In this document: piece after piece, positions 20,887-30,940 of the stretch
Position numbering within the stretch: the first letter of the stretch is position 1
Layout of the letters: the number at the start of each line of letters is the position of its first letter
Assembly (NCBI GenBank): GCA_000002435.2
Contig: CM018793.1
Source of the DNA: Giardia intestinalis
Taxonomy: Eukaryota
Strand: one strand, 5' to 3'
DNA length: 64,000 bases
The notes under the pieces: generated by a model
The model's database searches: none
What the model saw: the letters and a program-made list of their open reading frames with translations, nothing else
Told to the model about the DNA's origin: nothing
Program-made: the position numbers and the translations under genes

Positions 20887-23800
20887 ATGTCTGAAGCGAG
20901 CCCTCAGGGTATCCAAGTAGAAAATCTGAGAGCCACCCTTGCTGACGACCTAATTCCTAATGAGCTGCGGGACACATTTAATGGAAAGCTGCACTTTTAC
21001 CAAAAGGAGACAGTCAACTTTCTAATTTTACGCTACAATGAATATATGCGCAATTTAGACAACCCAGACATTAAGTCAACTCAGCAACACATCAAGAAGC
21101 TCACTGGGTTCATCGTAGGGCATGAAATGGGTCTTGGAAAGACGGTTATGGTACTGTTTTTCTTGCGCTGCATAATCAAGCATCCACACCCTGTGATGCG
21201 TCCCCAGCGCATTGTCATTGTAGTGCAGAAAGTACTAATCCCGCAATGGAAGCAGGAGATAAGCAGATGGTGCCAAGCAATTCCGCTTTATACATATCAC
21301 GGAAGCCATCAGCAGCGCAGACAAAAGCTTATGCGTGCGAAAAATGAGCGCGTATGCATCATCTTGACAACGTACGCAATGATAAGTAACGATGGGGAAT
21401 ACATTATGAGTGTTTTGAAAGATACAAACCCATCTTACTCCAGCCTTCTCCCATCCGTAGCTTCTGACTCGTCTAGTAGCACTTCTATTGATTCCATTTC
21501 TGCACAACCTATAACAGCTGTGACTCCTAACGCTATAGGCAATGCCGAAACAGGATCTACTGATCAAGTGGACCAAGAGCTTTCCAGCTCCAGTAGCTTC
21601 CTCGACCCAGTGTCTGAGTTCTCTTGGATGATAAAGAAGCGATCAGAGACTCCTGGGAAAAGCGCTGCGGCAGAGGCTGCACATCGTTTAAAGCACCTTT
21701 CTCTTCAGAGTCCATCTGAGCCCAAACCAAAGCATAATAACACTAACGAAATCATCCATCCTTCTTCACAACTGCCCACTCTCCCTGCCTCACAGGCTCA
21801 AACAACAAATAGCACTTCAGTCCAGGGTAATGATAGCAATCCAGAAAATCTCATGTATCTTGCTCCTCCTCCATCCAGCAAGCTTCCAAAGCATTGTATA
21901 GACATCCTTATTATGGACGAGGCGACCGCCATTAAGAATACTGCTACTAAGATATCACGGGGGTTGAAGAGTATAGACGCAGGCTTTAAGCTAGCGCTGA
22001 CCGGCACACCTGTGATCAACAACCTGGGTGAGCTTTGGGCAATCGCCGATTATATTAATCCTGGATACTTTGGAAATCGAACTCAATTCGATAAAAATAT
22101 TGCTAAACCCATTAATACTGGCGAGCTTCAGGACGCCACGGCGCGCGAGAGGTTCATTGCACAAAAGGTACGACGGGCTCTTAAAGCTAAGCTTTACCCC
22201 ATCCTCATTCGCCGCACAACTGCAGATCTTGGGTCCTTAGACGTCAACAAGATAACCATTACGTTCTGGATCCCACTTAACGAAGTCCAGTTTATCCTGT
22301 ACGGTTCTGCACTTAGAGCAAAAGCTTTCCAGGAGATTTATTGCAACTCATCCAACTACACAAAGATGATTTATTTGCTGCATCTCTTGCGTAAAGTGTG
22401 CGACAATCCTTGTGAGCTATCCACAGAGGACGCTGGTTTCTTTAAGGGTAACTTAGAAAAGGCAATCCTTAATATAAAGCAAAAAGCAACGCAACCACAG
22501 GCCCGCGATGGCGACTACCTGCAGATTCTAGAAGACCTACAGATATCTAAGGCATCAGACCAAGATCTTCCTCAGCAAGACCCTCCACGCTTGGCTAGAT
22601 CAAGTTCCGCTAATGATACTGATATTCCTCTTATCAATGGTCAGCCTACCTTGTCTCACGACATGGAACACGTCAAAAGAACCGGTGAGATGGATGCAGT
22701 AGATACACCTGAACGAGCTGGTCTCAATGAAGAAGATAGTAGCGACAATGAGCAGGACGCCCAAGAATGGGCATTGGCGCGCTCATTTGATGAATACATC
22801 CACAAATCCCCAGATCACTACGACCTTACGGTTCGGAGTATCACCGCTCTCTCTAGCAAGTATTCACTTTTCATGGAACTAATTACTCATATCAAGAACA
22901 ACAACCATCGTGCACTCATTTTTTGCGACTACCAGATAATATTCAGCATGCTGGAGCACCTACTGTCCCATAATGATATTCCATATTTACGTCTTGACGG
23001 CACGATAGCCGATGTTTCTGAACGTGATAGGATCTGCAAAAGCTTCAACGCAAACAAAAGGTACACCGCTCTTCTCATCTCAATTAAGCTGGGCTCCATG
23101 GGTCTTAATCTTACTGGAGCAAATAGGGTAATTCTGTTTGCCCCTGCGTGGAGCCTGCAAGTAGAAGAGCAAGCGATAGCTCGAGCCTATCGAATGGGAC
23201 AGAAACACAATGTGGTAGTCTACAAGCTGGCCTGCATCAACACATTGGAGGAGAAGATGGTGGTGCGCCAACTGCAAAAGGCCGGTATAGCTAATGTAAC
23301 ACTCGACGATGAGAAACACAGATCTGTAATCAAGAAAACTGATTTGGGCAATCTATTTGAGTTCAGCCCTAGCAAAAGATTGGAAGGGCAGTTGCCAGAG
23401 AATATTAAACATCACGCAACATCAGAACATGTGCGGTGGACGATTCAACAGGCGCTTGGGTCATCATGGTGCGGTGACGAACAAACAGAAGCGGATAAGG
23501 AGTTGGAATTTGTGAACTCTTTAATCACTAGGGACTTTTGTATCGATGTGTCAGTGCTTGATTATCTACACAGTAAAGCGAACATAGACAAGGAGATGGA
23601 TATCTCCGAGCAGGCATCGTCGCAGCTGGGAGCATCAGACTTTGATAGAATCTTATCCGTGGGGCTAGAAGCGTCTTCCAAGCCGGAAGAAGATAACTCA
23701 GGAGGAGAAAACCATGCGAACCTGGTGTTCATTTATATTGAGTCTCATCGTACTAACTATTTCCGAAGTATCATGGTAGCAATCTTCACTTATTGTAAAG

Positions 23801-24990
23801 TTCGACCATCAAATCTTGATGACGCGCTGAATGCGTACTCTAAACGATTGCGTGATAGCATATACACTATGAAAAAGAACAGCAATCACACCAGGACTTA
23901 CATACCCAGACCATTTGTTCCATTTGTGAATCCAAAGAACCTCGCCCACGTTGCCGAGTGGCAGTGCTACCTCGCGTGGGCAGTTCTGAGGGCATCTATT
24001 CACACAGCCGACGCAGAAGCTTTCCCACCCGAACTTCAGGACTTCAAAATAACATCGCGTGAGAGACTAGCGTTCGCAACATCCGACCCTAAGATTCAAG
24101 AACTGTATGCCTACTTTAACTTTCAGCTTAATAGTATCATTTCTCACTTCACAATTGAAATAAAAGGGAGCCTGATTGCAGAGATGCCAGACATTTGCGA
24201 GATTTGCAGCACAAACACCGTGGAGGAATACGTCATTTACCTGCACAATCTGGTTGTCAGTAGAATCAAGCTCCTAATGAGCAATAAGAGTACCTTTAGA
24301 CCCACTCCCACTTATCCTGCAACGCTGAACATAATATGCTCTTTGTGTCAAGCCAATAAAATACCTTTAGCAACTCTAATTGCAGCATATGACAATCCGC
24401 AGAATTGGATCAATTCAAGGTTCAAGCAAGCGCCTCAGATAGAAAAGGAGAAAAAGAAGATTCCATTACTCTGGGGCCCGATGGCAAATGAGTTTGAGAA
24501 AGTACAGAAGTCTACGCTGACTAAACTGCTACAGAAGATGTATGGTCATATCAATTACGCTATCCTTGACACATGCCTACTTGATTCTAAACCATTGGAT
24601 CCAGCGGGTCAGGCAACAACTAATACCATATCATTAAGCGACGTCACAACGTGCTTTGAAGATGAGATAGTTATCATGCAAGCAAACGACACCTTCAGCA
24701 AGATACTGAGTCAGTACCGCTTGATGAGCAACGAGGTTAGGGCAGTAATTCTTCAGGATACTTATCAGAAGCTATGCCACTATCAGACATTACTGCCAGA
24801 CAATGCTCATCACATAGCTCCCGCCCAATTTACTAACCTCATCGCTGTGTCCGCGCCGAATGCACCTCAGCATACCTACGAACCTGAGTCCAATGTTAGT
24901 GTTAGAGAGAAATTGCAGACTGAGGCACAGCCCAGTGGTTCTAACGCGAAAGGCTACGAAGACGAGGAATCAATTGATATACTTGCGTGA
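20887..24990 (+). CDS. SNF2-family DNA-dependent ATPase/helicase (Rad54/ERCC6-like), 1367 aa, with a long Ser-rich insertion between motifs Ia and II
   Basis: Motif I GHEMGLGKT; DExx-like ILIMDEATAIKN; LALTGTPVINNLGELWAIADYINPGYFG. C-terminal helicase lobe LRLDGTIADVSERDRICKSFNANKRYTALLISIKLGSMGLNLTGANRVILFAPAWSLQVEEQAIARAYRMGQKHNVVVYKL. Confidence 0.85.
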   Translation: MSEASPQGIQVENLRATLADDLIPNELRDTFNGKLHFYQKETVNFLILRYNEYMRNLDNPDIKSTQQHIKKLTGFIVGHEMGLGKTVMVLFFLRCIIKHPHPVMRPQRIVIVVQKVLIPQWKQEISRWCQAIPLYTYHGSHQQRRQKLMRAKNERVCIILTTYAMISNDGEYIMSVLKDTNPSYSSLLPSVASDSSSSTSIDSISAQPITAVTPNAIGNAETGSTDQVDQELSSSSSFLDPVSEFSWMIKKRSETPGKSAAAEAAHRLKHLSLQSPSEPKPKHNNTNEIIHPSSQLPTLPASQAQTTNSTSVQGNDSNPENLMYLAPPPSSKLPKHCIDILIMDEATAIKNTATKISRGLKSIDAGFKLALTGTPVINNLGELWAIADYINPGYFGNRTQFDKNIAKPINTGELQDATARERFIAQKVRRALKAKLYPILIRRTTADLGSLDVNKITITFWIPLNEVQFILYGSALRAKAFQEIYCNSSNYTKMIYLLHLLRKVCDNPCELSTEDAGFFKGNLEKAILNIKQKATQPQARDGDYLQILEDLQISKASDQDLPQQDPPRLARSSSANDTDIPLINGQPTLSHDMEHVKRTGEMDAVDTPERAGLNEEDSSDNEQDAQEWALARSFDEYIHKSPDHYDLTVRSITALSSKYSLFMELITHIKNNNHRALIFCDYQIIFSMLEHLLSHNDIPYLRLDGTIADVSERDRICKSFNANKRYTALLISIKLGSMGLNLTGANRVILFAPAWSLQVEEQAIARAYRMGQKHNVVVYKLACINTLEEKMVVRQLQKAGIANVTLDDEKHRSVIKKTDLGNLFEFSPSKRLEGQLPENIKHHATSEHVRWTIQQALGSSWCGDEQTEADKELEFVNSLITRDFCIDVSVLDYLHSKANIDKEMDISEQASSQLGASDFDRILSVGLEASSKPEEDNSGGENHANLVFIYIESHRTNYFRSIMVAIFTYCKVRPSNLDDALNAYSKRLRDSIYTMKKNSNHTRTYIPRPFVPFVNPKNLAHVAEWQCYLAWAVLRASIHTADAEAFPPELQDFKITSRERLAFATSDPKIQELYAYFNFQLNSIISHFTIEIKGSLIAEMPDICEICSTNTVEEYVIYLHNLVVSRIKLLMSNKSTFRPTPTYPATLNIICSLCQANKIPLATLIAAYDNPQNWINSRFKQAPQIEKEKKKIPLLWGPMANEFEKVQKSTLTKLLQKMYGHINYAILDTCLLDSKPLDPAGQATTNTISLSDVTTCFEDEIVIMQANDTFSKILSQYRLMSNEVRAVILQDTYQKLCHYQTLLPDNAHHIAPAQFTNLIAVSAPNAPQHTYEPESNVSVREKLQTEAQPSGSNAKGYEDEESIDILA

Positions 24991-25017
24991 GAACCCATTG
25001 CGCAAGTCCACACTGAG

Positions 25018-26655
25018 CTATCTTTTGATGCCCTTGGCTCTACCTTCTACAGTACCCGGTGTCACAAAATTGAAAACCTTTTCCGAAATCTTAGCATCTT
25101 CGAATAATAACAGTAGTGAGGATGGAGTGGCAAGTCTCCCCTGCAGCTGCTTGGCAACTTCTTCCACTTCATTCGTAGGCAAGTAGCGCCGAAGATTCTG
25201 CACGAACTTGGAAGTGCCAAGGCAAGAGCACAGGGCAGCGTAATCCAGTTTCAATCTTGCTCCATCTGCACCAAGAGTGCTGCAATCTCCCAGGACATGT
25301 TGTGCATGCGCCTTATCTCCTCTAAAGAGCTTCAAGCTGGATAGCTGGGCTGTTGTTGAACGCTCAGTTAGAGATAGGGACAAGCAGTTCCCCACAATTC
25401 TTGCAAACTCCATCAGCTCTGTTTCTCTACCTGTCTCGTGTCCGAATCTAATCTTTATGCAGCAACTCACGAAATCAATCAGATCGGGCCCTTCCTCCGT
25501 AAGAATATTCTCTATCTCGGGAGAAAGGCTGCCTGAGTGGTCATCGGAATTAGGTTCAAGCAGATTGTGTAGATGGAGATTGACTTTGGCTCTGAAAGCG
25601 TCAGCGGTAGTGTTCGGCGATAACGTATACCCACAAACCATACAGTACGAAAGAAAAAGATCATAAATTTGTTTCTTATATGTTTGAATGAAGAGCATGC
25701 GCATTCTGAACAAATAAACATTGTGTTTTTGCGAGGCATCTTGTCTGGGCGGTTTTGGGTTGGAGGGGCTAGAGTTATTATTTGTGCGAGGGTTGTCATG
25801 CTCTAGTGGAAGAAAGAACACAACTCGAGATATGATTGATTCTAGAAGAGTCAACCCCAGTGAATACACATCTCCCAAAGCATCAAGAGACGTGGGTGTT
25901 ACACTTTCTTGTCGGTCAAAGAGGGAACCATTAGTAGAAAGGAAATCATAGCATCTGAGCGTCGATTCAGGCGCCCTGTACACGAGGGTGCACGTTGTTC
26001 CCGTTGAAATGGGGGAGTAGTGATCGGCGGAAAGAACCTCAGGCTCAGCGTAGTTAGCAGAAGCACTTGGAGAGGAATAAACACAATATTTAGCCATCCC
26101 CAGGTCTGCAAGAAAAGCAGAGCCGTTGCCATCCAGAAGAATGTTCGACGGCTTGACGTCTCTGTGTGCGATCCCCAGTCTGTGAAGGTTCCGAAGACAA
26201 GTAACCACAGAGTGCCAGAAGAACACCATCTGGGACAGTGTAAAGCTGCTTACTAAGTTGTACGTTCGGAACCTTTCACAGTCGTGTGGATAGAGCGGAG
26301 TGACAAGGCAGATTAGCGAAGAGCAGTTCTCGAAATGCTTCGCAAAGGGTAAGTCTTTCGTTGTATCATCGAGTCGTAATTTGAAGCTCGAGATAAGATC
26401 GATTGCAGGATTCTTAAAAGGCTGGCCGCCAGCCGTAACCTGAGCCAGGTATGCGAGTAAGGTCACTTCACGCAGCACCAGATGGTTGAAAACGCCTGAA
26501 ATGCCGACAGCCTTGAGAGCAACAGGTTTGCCCGTCTCCTTATCTATCCCCTTGTAGATCGTGCCGTACGCGCCTGCTCCGAGGTATCCTGCGGGTGACC
26601 AGTCGATCGCATACCGCTCGAGGGAAGAGGGGATGGTCGGCTGTGGCTCGGTCAT
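25018..26655 (-). CDS. Ser/Thr protein kinase with a ~280-aa C-terminal extension; start placed at the internal Met (MTEPQ...) to avoid the tRNA
   Basis: GAGAYGTIYKG...VALKAV (Gly loop and Lys), HRDVKPSNILL (catalytic loop), DLG in place of DFG, YRAPE. The ORF-track start at 26709 would overlap tRNA-His. Confidence 0.85.
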   Translation of the reverse strand: MTEPQPTIPSSLERYAIDWSPAGYLGAGAYGTIYKGIDKETGKPVALKAVGISGVFNHLVLREVTLLAYLAQVTAGGQPFKNPAIDLISSFKLRLDDTTKDLPFAKHFENCSSLICLVTPLYPHDCERFRTYNLVSSFTLSQMVFFWHSVVTCLRNLHRLGIAHRDVKPSNILLDGNGSAFLADLGMAKYCVYSSPSASANYAEPEVLSADHYSPISTGTTCTLVYRAPESTLRCYDFLSTNGSLFDRQESVTPTSLDALGDVYSLGLTLLESIISRVVFFLPLEHDNPRTNNNSSPSNPKPPRQDASQKHNVYLFRMRMLFIQTYKKQIYDLFLSYCMVCGYTLSPNTTADAFRAKVNLHLHNLLEPNSDDHSGSLSPEIENILTEEGPDLIDFVSCCIKIRFGHETGRETELMEFARIVGNCLSLSLTERSTTAQLSSLKLFRGDKAHAQHVLGDCSTLGADGARLKLDYAALCSCLGTSKFVQNLRRYLPTNEVEEVAKQLQGRLATPSSLLLLFEDAKISEKVFNFVTPGTVEGRAKGIKR

Positions 26656-26666
26656 CAAAACAAGGG

Positions 26667-26670
26667 AAAA
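26667..26670 (-). terminator. T4 run immediately 3' of tRNA-His (candidate Pol III terminator), followed by a second T4 and then the kinase ATG
   Basis: Minus-strand read after the discriminator A: TTTTCCCTTGTTTTGATG. Confidence 0.45.
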
Positions 26671-26742
26671 TGCCGGGACCGGGAATCGAACCCGGATTGT
26701 TCGGACCACAACCGAACGTACTAGCCTTTATACGATCCCAGC
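26671..26742 (-). tRNA. tRNA-His (anticodon GTG), 72 nt, discriminator A73; G is also encoded at -1 and -2
   Basis: Hand-folded: GCTGGGA / TCGTATAAAGGCTAGTAC / GTTCGG-TTGTGGT-CCGAAC / AAT / CCGGG-TTCGATT-CCCGG / TCCCGGC-A. The 7-bp acceptor has one G-U; T-loop is TTCGATT; anticodon loop is TTGTGGT. Close to human tRNA-His GCCGTGATCGTATAGTGGTTAGTAC. Confidence 0.85.
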
Positions 26743-27324
26743 CCGGCGGGCGCGACAAGCTAAAACCAACGGAAATAATCGTATTGGCAGATGGTTTGTG
26801 GTGTGAAATGCGTTCGGCTATGGAACAGCTGATCCAATCCACACTACAGACATCATGTGATACTTGCACGAGACTTCCACGTACTATAGCTCCCCACATA
26901 GGGCGGGCTCCCAAGGCTGCAACAGGGCCACTAGGGGTCTGCTCAGGGAGCCGCAAGGCAGCACCAGCAGACTGCTCCCAACGGTGGTGCTCTTTACGCT
27001 ATCGAGACGGAGGCGCCGTTCTTTGTCCTTTGCCTCTGCTGCTGTGTTAGGGCTTGATCTACCGGGCCTGGCAGGAATAGCGGTACCAGAGGGTGCTACC
27101 ATAGCAGGCGTCCCGGTACGTCTTCCGGCAGGATGGATTGCCATACAATGGAGAGTGTGGTTGAAAACCCTGCTGCTTACGGGAAACCAGTTCGGACCGC
27201 CTGCTGTCTTGGTGTGGCCGTGCTGCCCAGCTGGATCAAGGTAGTAGTCCCACTGAAACCCGTCACCTTCACGGACACCTTCTACCCTCTTGCAAGATAG
27301 GAACTGAGTGCTGAGGACAGTACA

Positions 27325-27612
27325 GAGGTCACAGTCCCAAACACAATACTCGCGCAGCGTGCTGGACGACAGCCTGCTGGACTACCCGTTCGACACCAGC
27401 AACAAGCTTGTCGGGGCGAGCAGGGCTCTCGACGCCGACGCCGCCTCGACGGTCGTCGTCAACGGGAAGCTGACGTCCATCGAGGCCAGAACCCTGTTGG
27501 GGCGGGTGCACACCATGGAGCTTCTGCTCGACCAGTCGGCCCAGACGATCGGGGAGCTGCGCCGCGAAAACGCCAGGCTGCAGCGGGTCATCCTGTCCAA
27601 GGACGCATCGAC
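27325..27612. repeat. Copy B of the 288-bp dispersed perfect duplicate: an orphan gene fragment in intergenic DNA between tRNA-His and the ankyrin gene
   Basis: 100% identical to 3430..3717. Flanks are unrelated on both sides, and downstream it runs antisense into the ankyrin gene, so the ORF 27308..27844 is an artefact. Confidence 0.92.
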
Positions 27613-27674
27613 ACCCAATCACAATGAAGAGTGGATCAAGAATATTCACTTCAAGATTTTGCGGAGAGTGGCCA

Positions 27675-30290
27675 CTAGTTGCCTGAGGTTCCTCCTTTCC
27701 CTTCGAGGATGGCTATTATCTTCTTTTGACCCAACTGCCTGGCTATGTCAAGGGCAGTCCTTTTACCATTATCCCTCATGTCTCCCTCCTCTTCCAGGAG
27801 CAGCCTGGCACACTCTGTGTGGCCATTCTGTGCTGCAAACATAAGGGCTGTTAGTCCACCACTCCCTTGCATTCCCCCCTCCTTCTCTAGGAGCAACTCG
27901 ACACACTTCTGATGGCCGTTCCCTGCTGCCCACATGAGAGCAGTCTTACCATTGCTATCCTTCATGCACCCTTCCCTCTCTAAAAGCAGCTCGACGCACT
28001 CTATCTTATTGTTCTGTGCTGCAAACATAAGGGCCGTCATTCCACCACTCCCCTGCATACGCCCTTCCTTTTCTAAGAGTAGCTTGACACATTCTATGTG
28101 ACCTTCCTTTGCTGCAGCTATGAGGGCGGTCCATCCGTCAGTCCTCTGCATGCGCCCCTCCTTCTCTAGGAGTAGCTCGACGCACTCTGGGTAGCCTTTC
28201 TCTGCTGCCCTCATCAGTGCTGTTTCCCTGTAGGTGAGCCAGTGGCCTATCTTGACATCCCCCGTCGCTGTCTGTTTCCCCTGGAGGGGAGCAAGTGCCT
28301 TCACAGTCGTCAAATCGTTTCTGTCGACAGCTCTCATGAGCGCTGTGACTCCATCCTTATCGGTGGGATCGAGGAGCTCCACGATGTCCTTGCACCCCGC
28401 CCTCGCTGCTATGATCAGTGCAGTGTCTCCATTGCTATTCTTTTTGTCCTTGTCAGAAAGGTACTTCTTGACTGTTGTGACGTCCCCATCCGCAGCAGCG
28501 CGCATGAGTGGGGTCCAGGATGAGACATCATGCTCACTCGTGCGCTTACAGAGCAGTCTGGCACAGTCTGGATGACCATATCTCTCGGCTACATCGAGGG
28601 CGGTCTCTCTATCATTATTTTTTATATCCTTTTCTCTCTCTAGGAGTAGCCTAGCACAGTCTGAGTGGCCATATTTTGCTGCACACATAAGAGCGGTCCA
28701 TCCGCCACTATCTCTCATGCCTCCCTCCTTCTCCAGGAGTAGCTTAATACATTCTAGGTGACCTTTCTCTGCTGCAAACATGAGGGCTGTCATTCCATCA
28801 CCCCTCTGCATGCACCCCTCTTTCTTTAGGAGCAATCTGGCACAGCCTGTGTGCCCGCTGTGTGCTGCAAACATAAGGGCGGTCCATCCATTATTATCTC
28901 TCAGACCTCCCTCCTTTTCTAGGAACAACTCGACGCACTCCGGGTGGCCATACCATGCTGCAAACATGAGGGCGGTCCATCCACTACTATCCCTGAGACC
29001 CTCCTCCTTCTCTAGAAGCACCTTCGCTGCCCCTGCATGACCACGTGCTGCTGCCCTCATCAGTGCTGTTCCCTTACAGATGGGCCAGCGGCCTATCTTG
29101 ACATCCCCCGTCGCTTTCTGTCCCCCCTGAAGGGGGAGGAGGGCCCGCACGGCCGGTAGGTTGCTTCTATCAGCAGCTCTCATGAGGGCAGTGACTCCAT
29201 CCTCGTCGGTGGGATCGAGGAGCTCCACTATGTTCTTGTGCCCTGCCCTTGCAGCTATGATTAGCGCAGTCTCGCCGTCATTGTTCTTCTTATCTTTGTC
29301 CGAAAGGTACTTCTTGACCGCCTCAACGTTTCCGTCTGCAGCAGCGTTCATGAGGGGCGTCCAAAACGAACCTTCATGCTTGCGAAGAAGCAAAGCTATA
29401 TCTGTGTGCTTGTTCATGAGGGCATGCATAACGGCGGTGTTTCCGTCCTTATCCTTCATCTCCTTCTCGTGCTCGAAGAGGATCTCCACTGCTCCCTGGT
29501 GGCCCTGACGTGCAGCCCACATGAGTGCCGTCATCCCAGTGATATCTGCACGCCTCTTCTCATGGAGACTGCTCTTGATTGCATTGGTGTCCCCAAAGTA
29601 TGCAGAGTAGATAAGGTTTGTCCAGCCTAAGGCATCACGCTCGCCTTTGCGCTCACAGAGCAATCTGACACAGCCTGTGTGGCCATTGTATGCTGCAAAC
29701 ATGAGAGCAGTCCACCCATTACTATCTCTCATGCCCCCCTCCTTTTCTAGAAGCAGTCTGGCACACTCTGTGTGGCCTTTCTCTGCCGCAAACATGAGGG
29801 CTGTCATTCCACCACTCTTCTGCATGCATCCTTCTTCTTCTAAGAGTAGCTTAACGCACTCTGTGTAACCATTTTGTGCTGCAAACATGAGGGCGGTCTT
29901 ATCATTGCTATCCTTCATGCGCCCCTCCTTCTCCAGGAGTAGCTTAATACATTCTAGGTGGCCGTTCTGTGCTGCAAACATGAGGGCGGTCTTGCGGTTG
30001 CTATCCCTCACGCCGTTTTCTTCCTTCACAAGTAGCTCTACCACTCTTTCGTGCCCACGCACTGCAGCTATCATTAGAGCTGTTCCATCACGTATGACCC
30101 AGCGGCCTATCTTGACACTCCCCTTATTCGGTCCAAGCTGAGTAGGTTGATCATCAATAATCCTTTCCACTTCCTCCGCATTACCTTTGTAAGCAGCCCA
30201 CATGAGGTCAGTTGCAAAATAGTCCCTCGTAAGAGCAAAAGTGCCAACTTCTTCGCCTTCAACTTCTCTAGCAGGAACGTCACTCAGCAT
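27675..30290 (-). CDS. Large ankyrin-repeat protein ('protein 21.1'-like), 871 aa, about 24 ankyrin repeats with an internal ~300-aa higher-order duplication
   Basis: Repeated TALMFAAQNGH/TALMWAAGNGH units. Two near-copies of ...TPLM(N/R)AAADG(N/D)V...VKKYLSDKDKKN..GDTALIIAARAG.K.IVELLDPTD.DGVTALMRA.DR..L..V.AL.PLQG.Q.ATGDVKIG(R/H)W. Confidence 0.85.
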   Translation of the reverse strand: MLSDVPAREVEGEEVGTFALTRDYFATDLMWAAYKGNAEEVERIIDDQPTQLGPNKGSVKIGRWVIRDGTALMIAAVRGHERVVELLVKEENGVRDSNRKTALMFAAQNGHLECIKLLLEKEGRMKDSNDKTALMFAAQNGYTECVKLLLEEEGCMQKSGGMTALMFAAEKGHTECARLLLEKEGGMRDSNGWTALMFAAYNGHTGCVRLLCERKGERDALGWTNLIYSAYFGDTNAIKSSLHEKRRADITGMTALMWAARQGHQGAVEILFEHEKEMKDKDGNTAVMHALMNKHTDIALLLRKHEGSFWTPLMNAAADGNVEAVKKYLSDKDKKNNDGETALIIAARAGHKNIVELLDPTDEDGVTALMRAADRSNLPAVRALLPLQGGQKATGDVKIGRWPICKGTALMRAAARGHAGAAKVLLEKEEGLRDSSGWTALMFAAWYGHPECVELFLEKEGGLRDNNGWTALMFAAHSGHTGCARLLLKKEGCMQRGDGMTALMFAAEKGHLECIKLLLEKEGGMRDSGGWTALMCAAKYGHSDCARLLLEREKDIKNNDRETALDVAERYGHPDCARLLCKRTSEHDVSSWTPLMRAAADGDVTTVKKYLSDKDKKNSNGDTALIIAARAGCKDIVELLDPTDKDGVTALMRAVDRNDLTTVKALAPLQGKQTATGDVKIGHWLTYRETALMRAAEKGYPECVELLLEKEGRMQRTDGWTALIAAAKEGHIECVKLLLEKEGRMQGSGGMTALMFAAQNNKIECVELLLEREGCMKDSNGKTALMWAAGNGHQKCVELLLEKEGGMQGSGGLTALMFAAQNGHTECARLLLEEEGDMRDNGKRTALDIARQLGQKKIIAILEGKGGTSGN

Positions 30291-30940
30291 TTTTTATTCC
30301 ATCAAAGCTAAAATAGAGTAAATGATATAATGTCATTCCATGTATGATAGCATAACTATGCGCTTGCTCTTCTTTTCTTACTTTGCTAGTAATTATGTAA
30401 CATATGGTGTTCACTGCGCCCATGACCCCGGCCTCTGTCCCTTCGTGCTGCAACTGACCGGGATCTTGTGACAGTCATGATCTCCGACGCCTTATGTTTA
30501 CATCTGTGAGTCTTCTATGGTTGAGAAGAATGTCTGTACGAACAGTATGGGGCTCTCCCATGGTTCGCAGCTACACCCATTGCAGAATCTCCCTGAAAAT
30601 AGCCTGCACCACTTCCCCGTCATCCTATCGGAGGAAAGATCAATCTCTTTGTTGCTAATATTTGCGGTGAGAAAGCCAAGCGCAAGGCTGTCGTGCATCG
30701 AAGTCCATTTCTGTAGACCGTAGCAAGCTCCCGCTTTGGTTTGAAAAGCTTCACTGAACCTGCTCTACAGCTGACCATCTAATGCATACTCTTCTATCTG
30801 TCTGAGCAGTAAATTGTAAGGTCAACTAAACCTCAGACATCTTCCTTTTCTAAAATTAGGATTATAGGCTTCATCATGATGGGTATGAGGTTATGACAGC
30901 AATCCTTTGACCTGGGAAGAAGAGTGACAGGGTATCTTGT

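Noticed and set aside
26595-27244. ORFs 26595..27050, 26864..27244 and 26884..27144 around the tRNA
   Set aside because: They overlap the tRNA-His gene or each other in different frames, lack codon bias, and sit in a spacer. They are spurious.
27308-27844. ORF 27308..27844 (+), which appears to encode the coiled-coil C-terminus
   Set aside because: Its first approximately 100 codons are just copy B of the 288-bp duplicate. It has no upstream gene body, and after the repeat it reads antisense through the ankyrin gene's 3' end. It is a fragment, not a gene.
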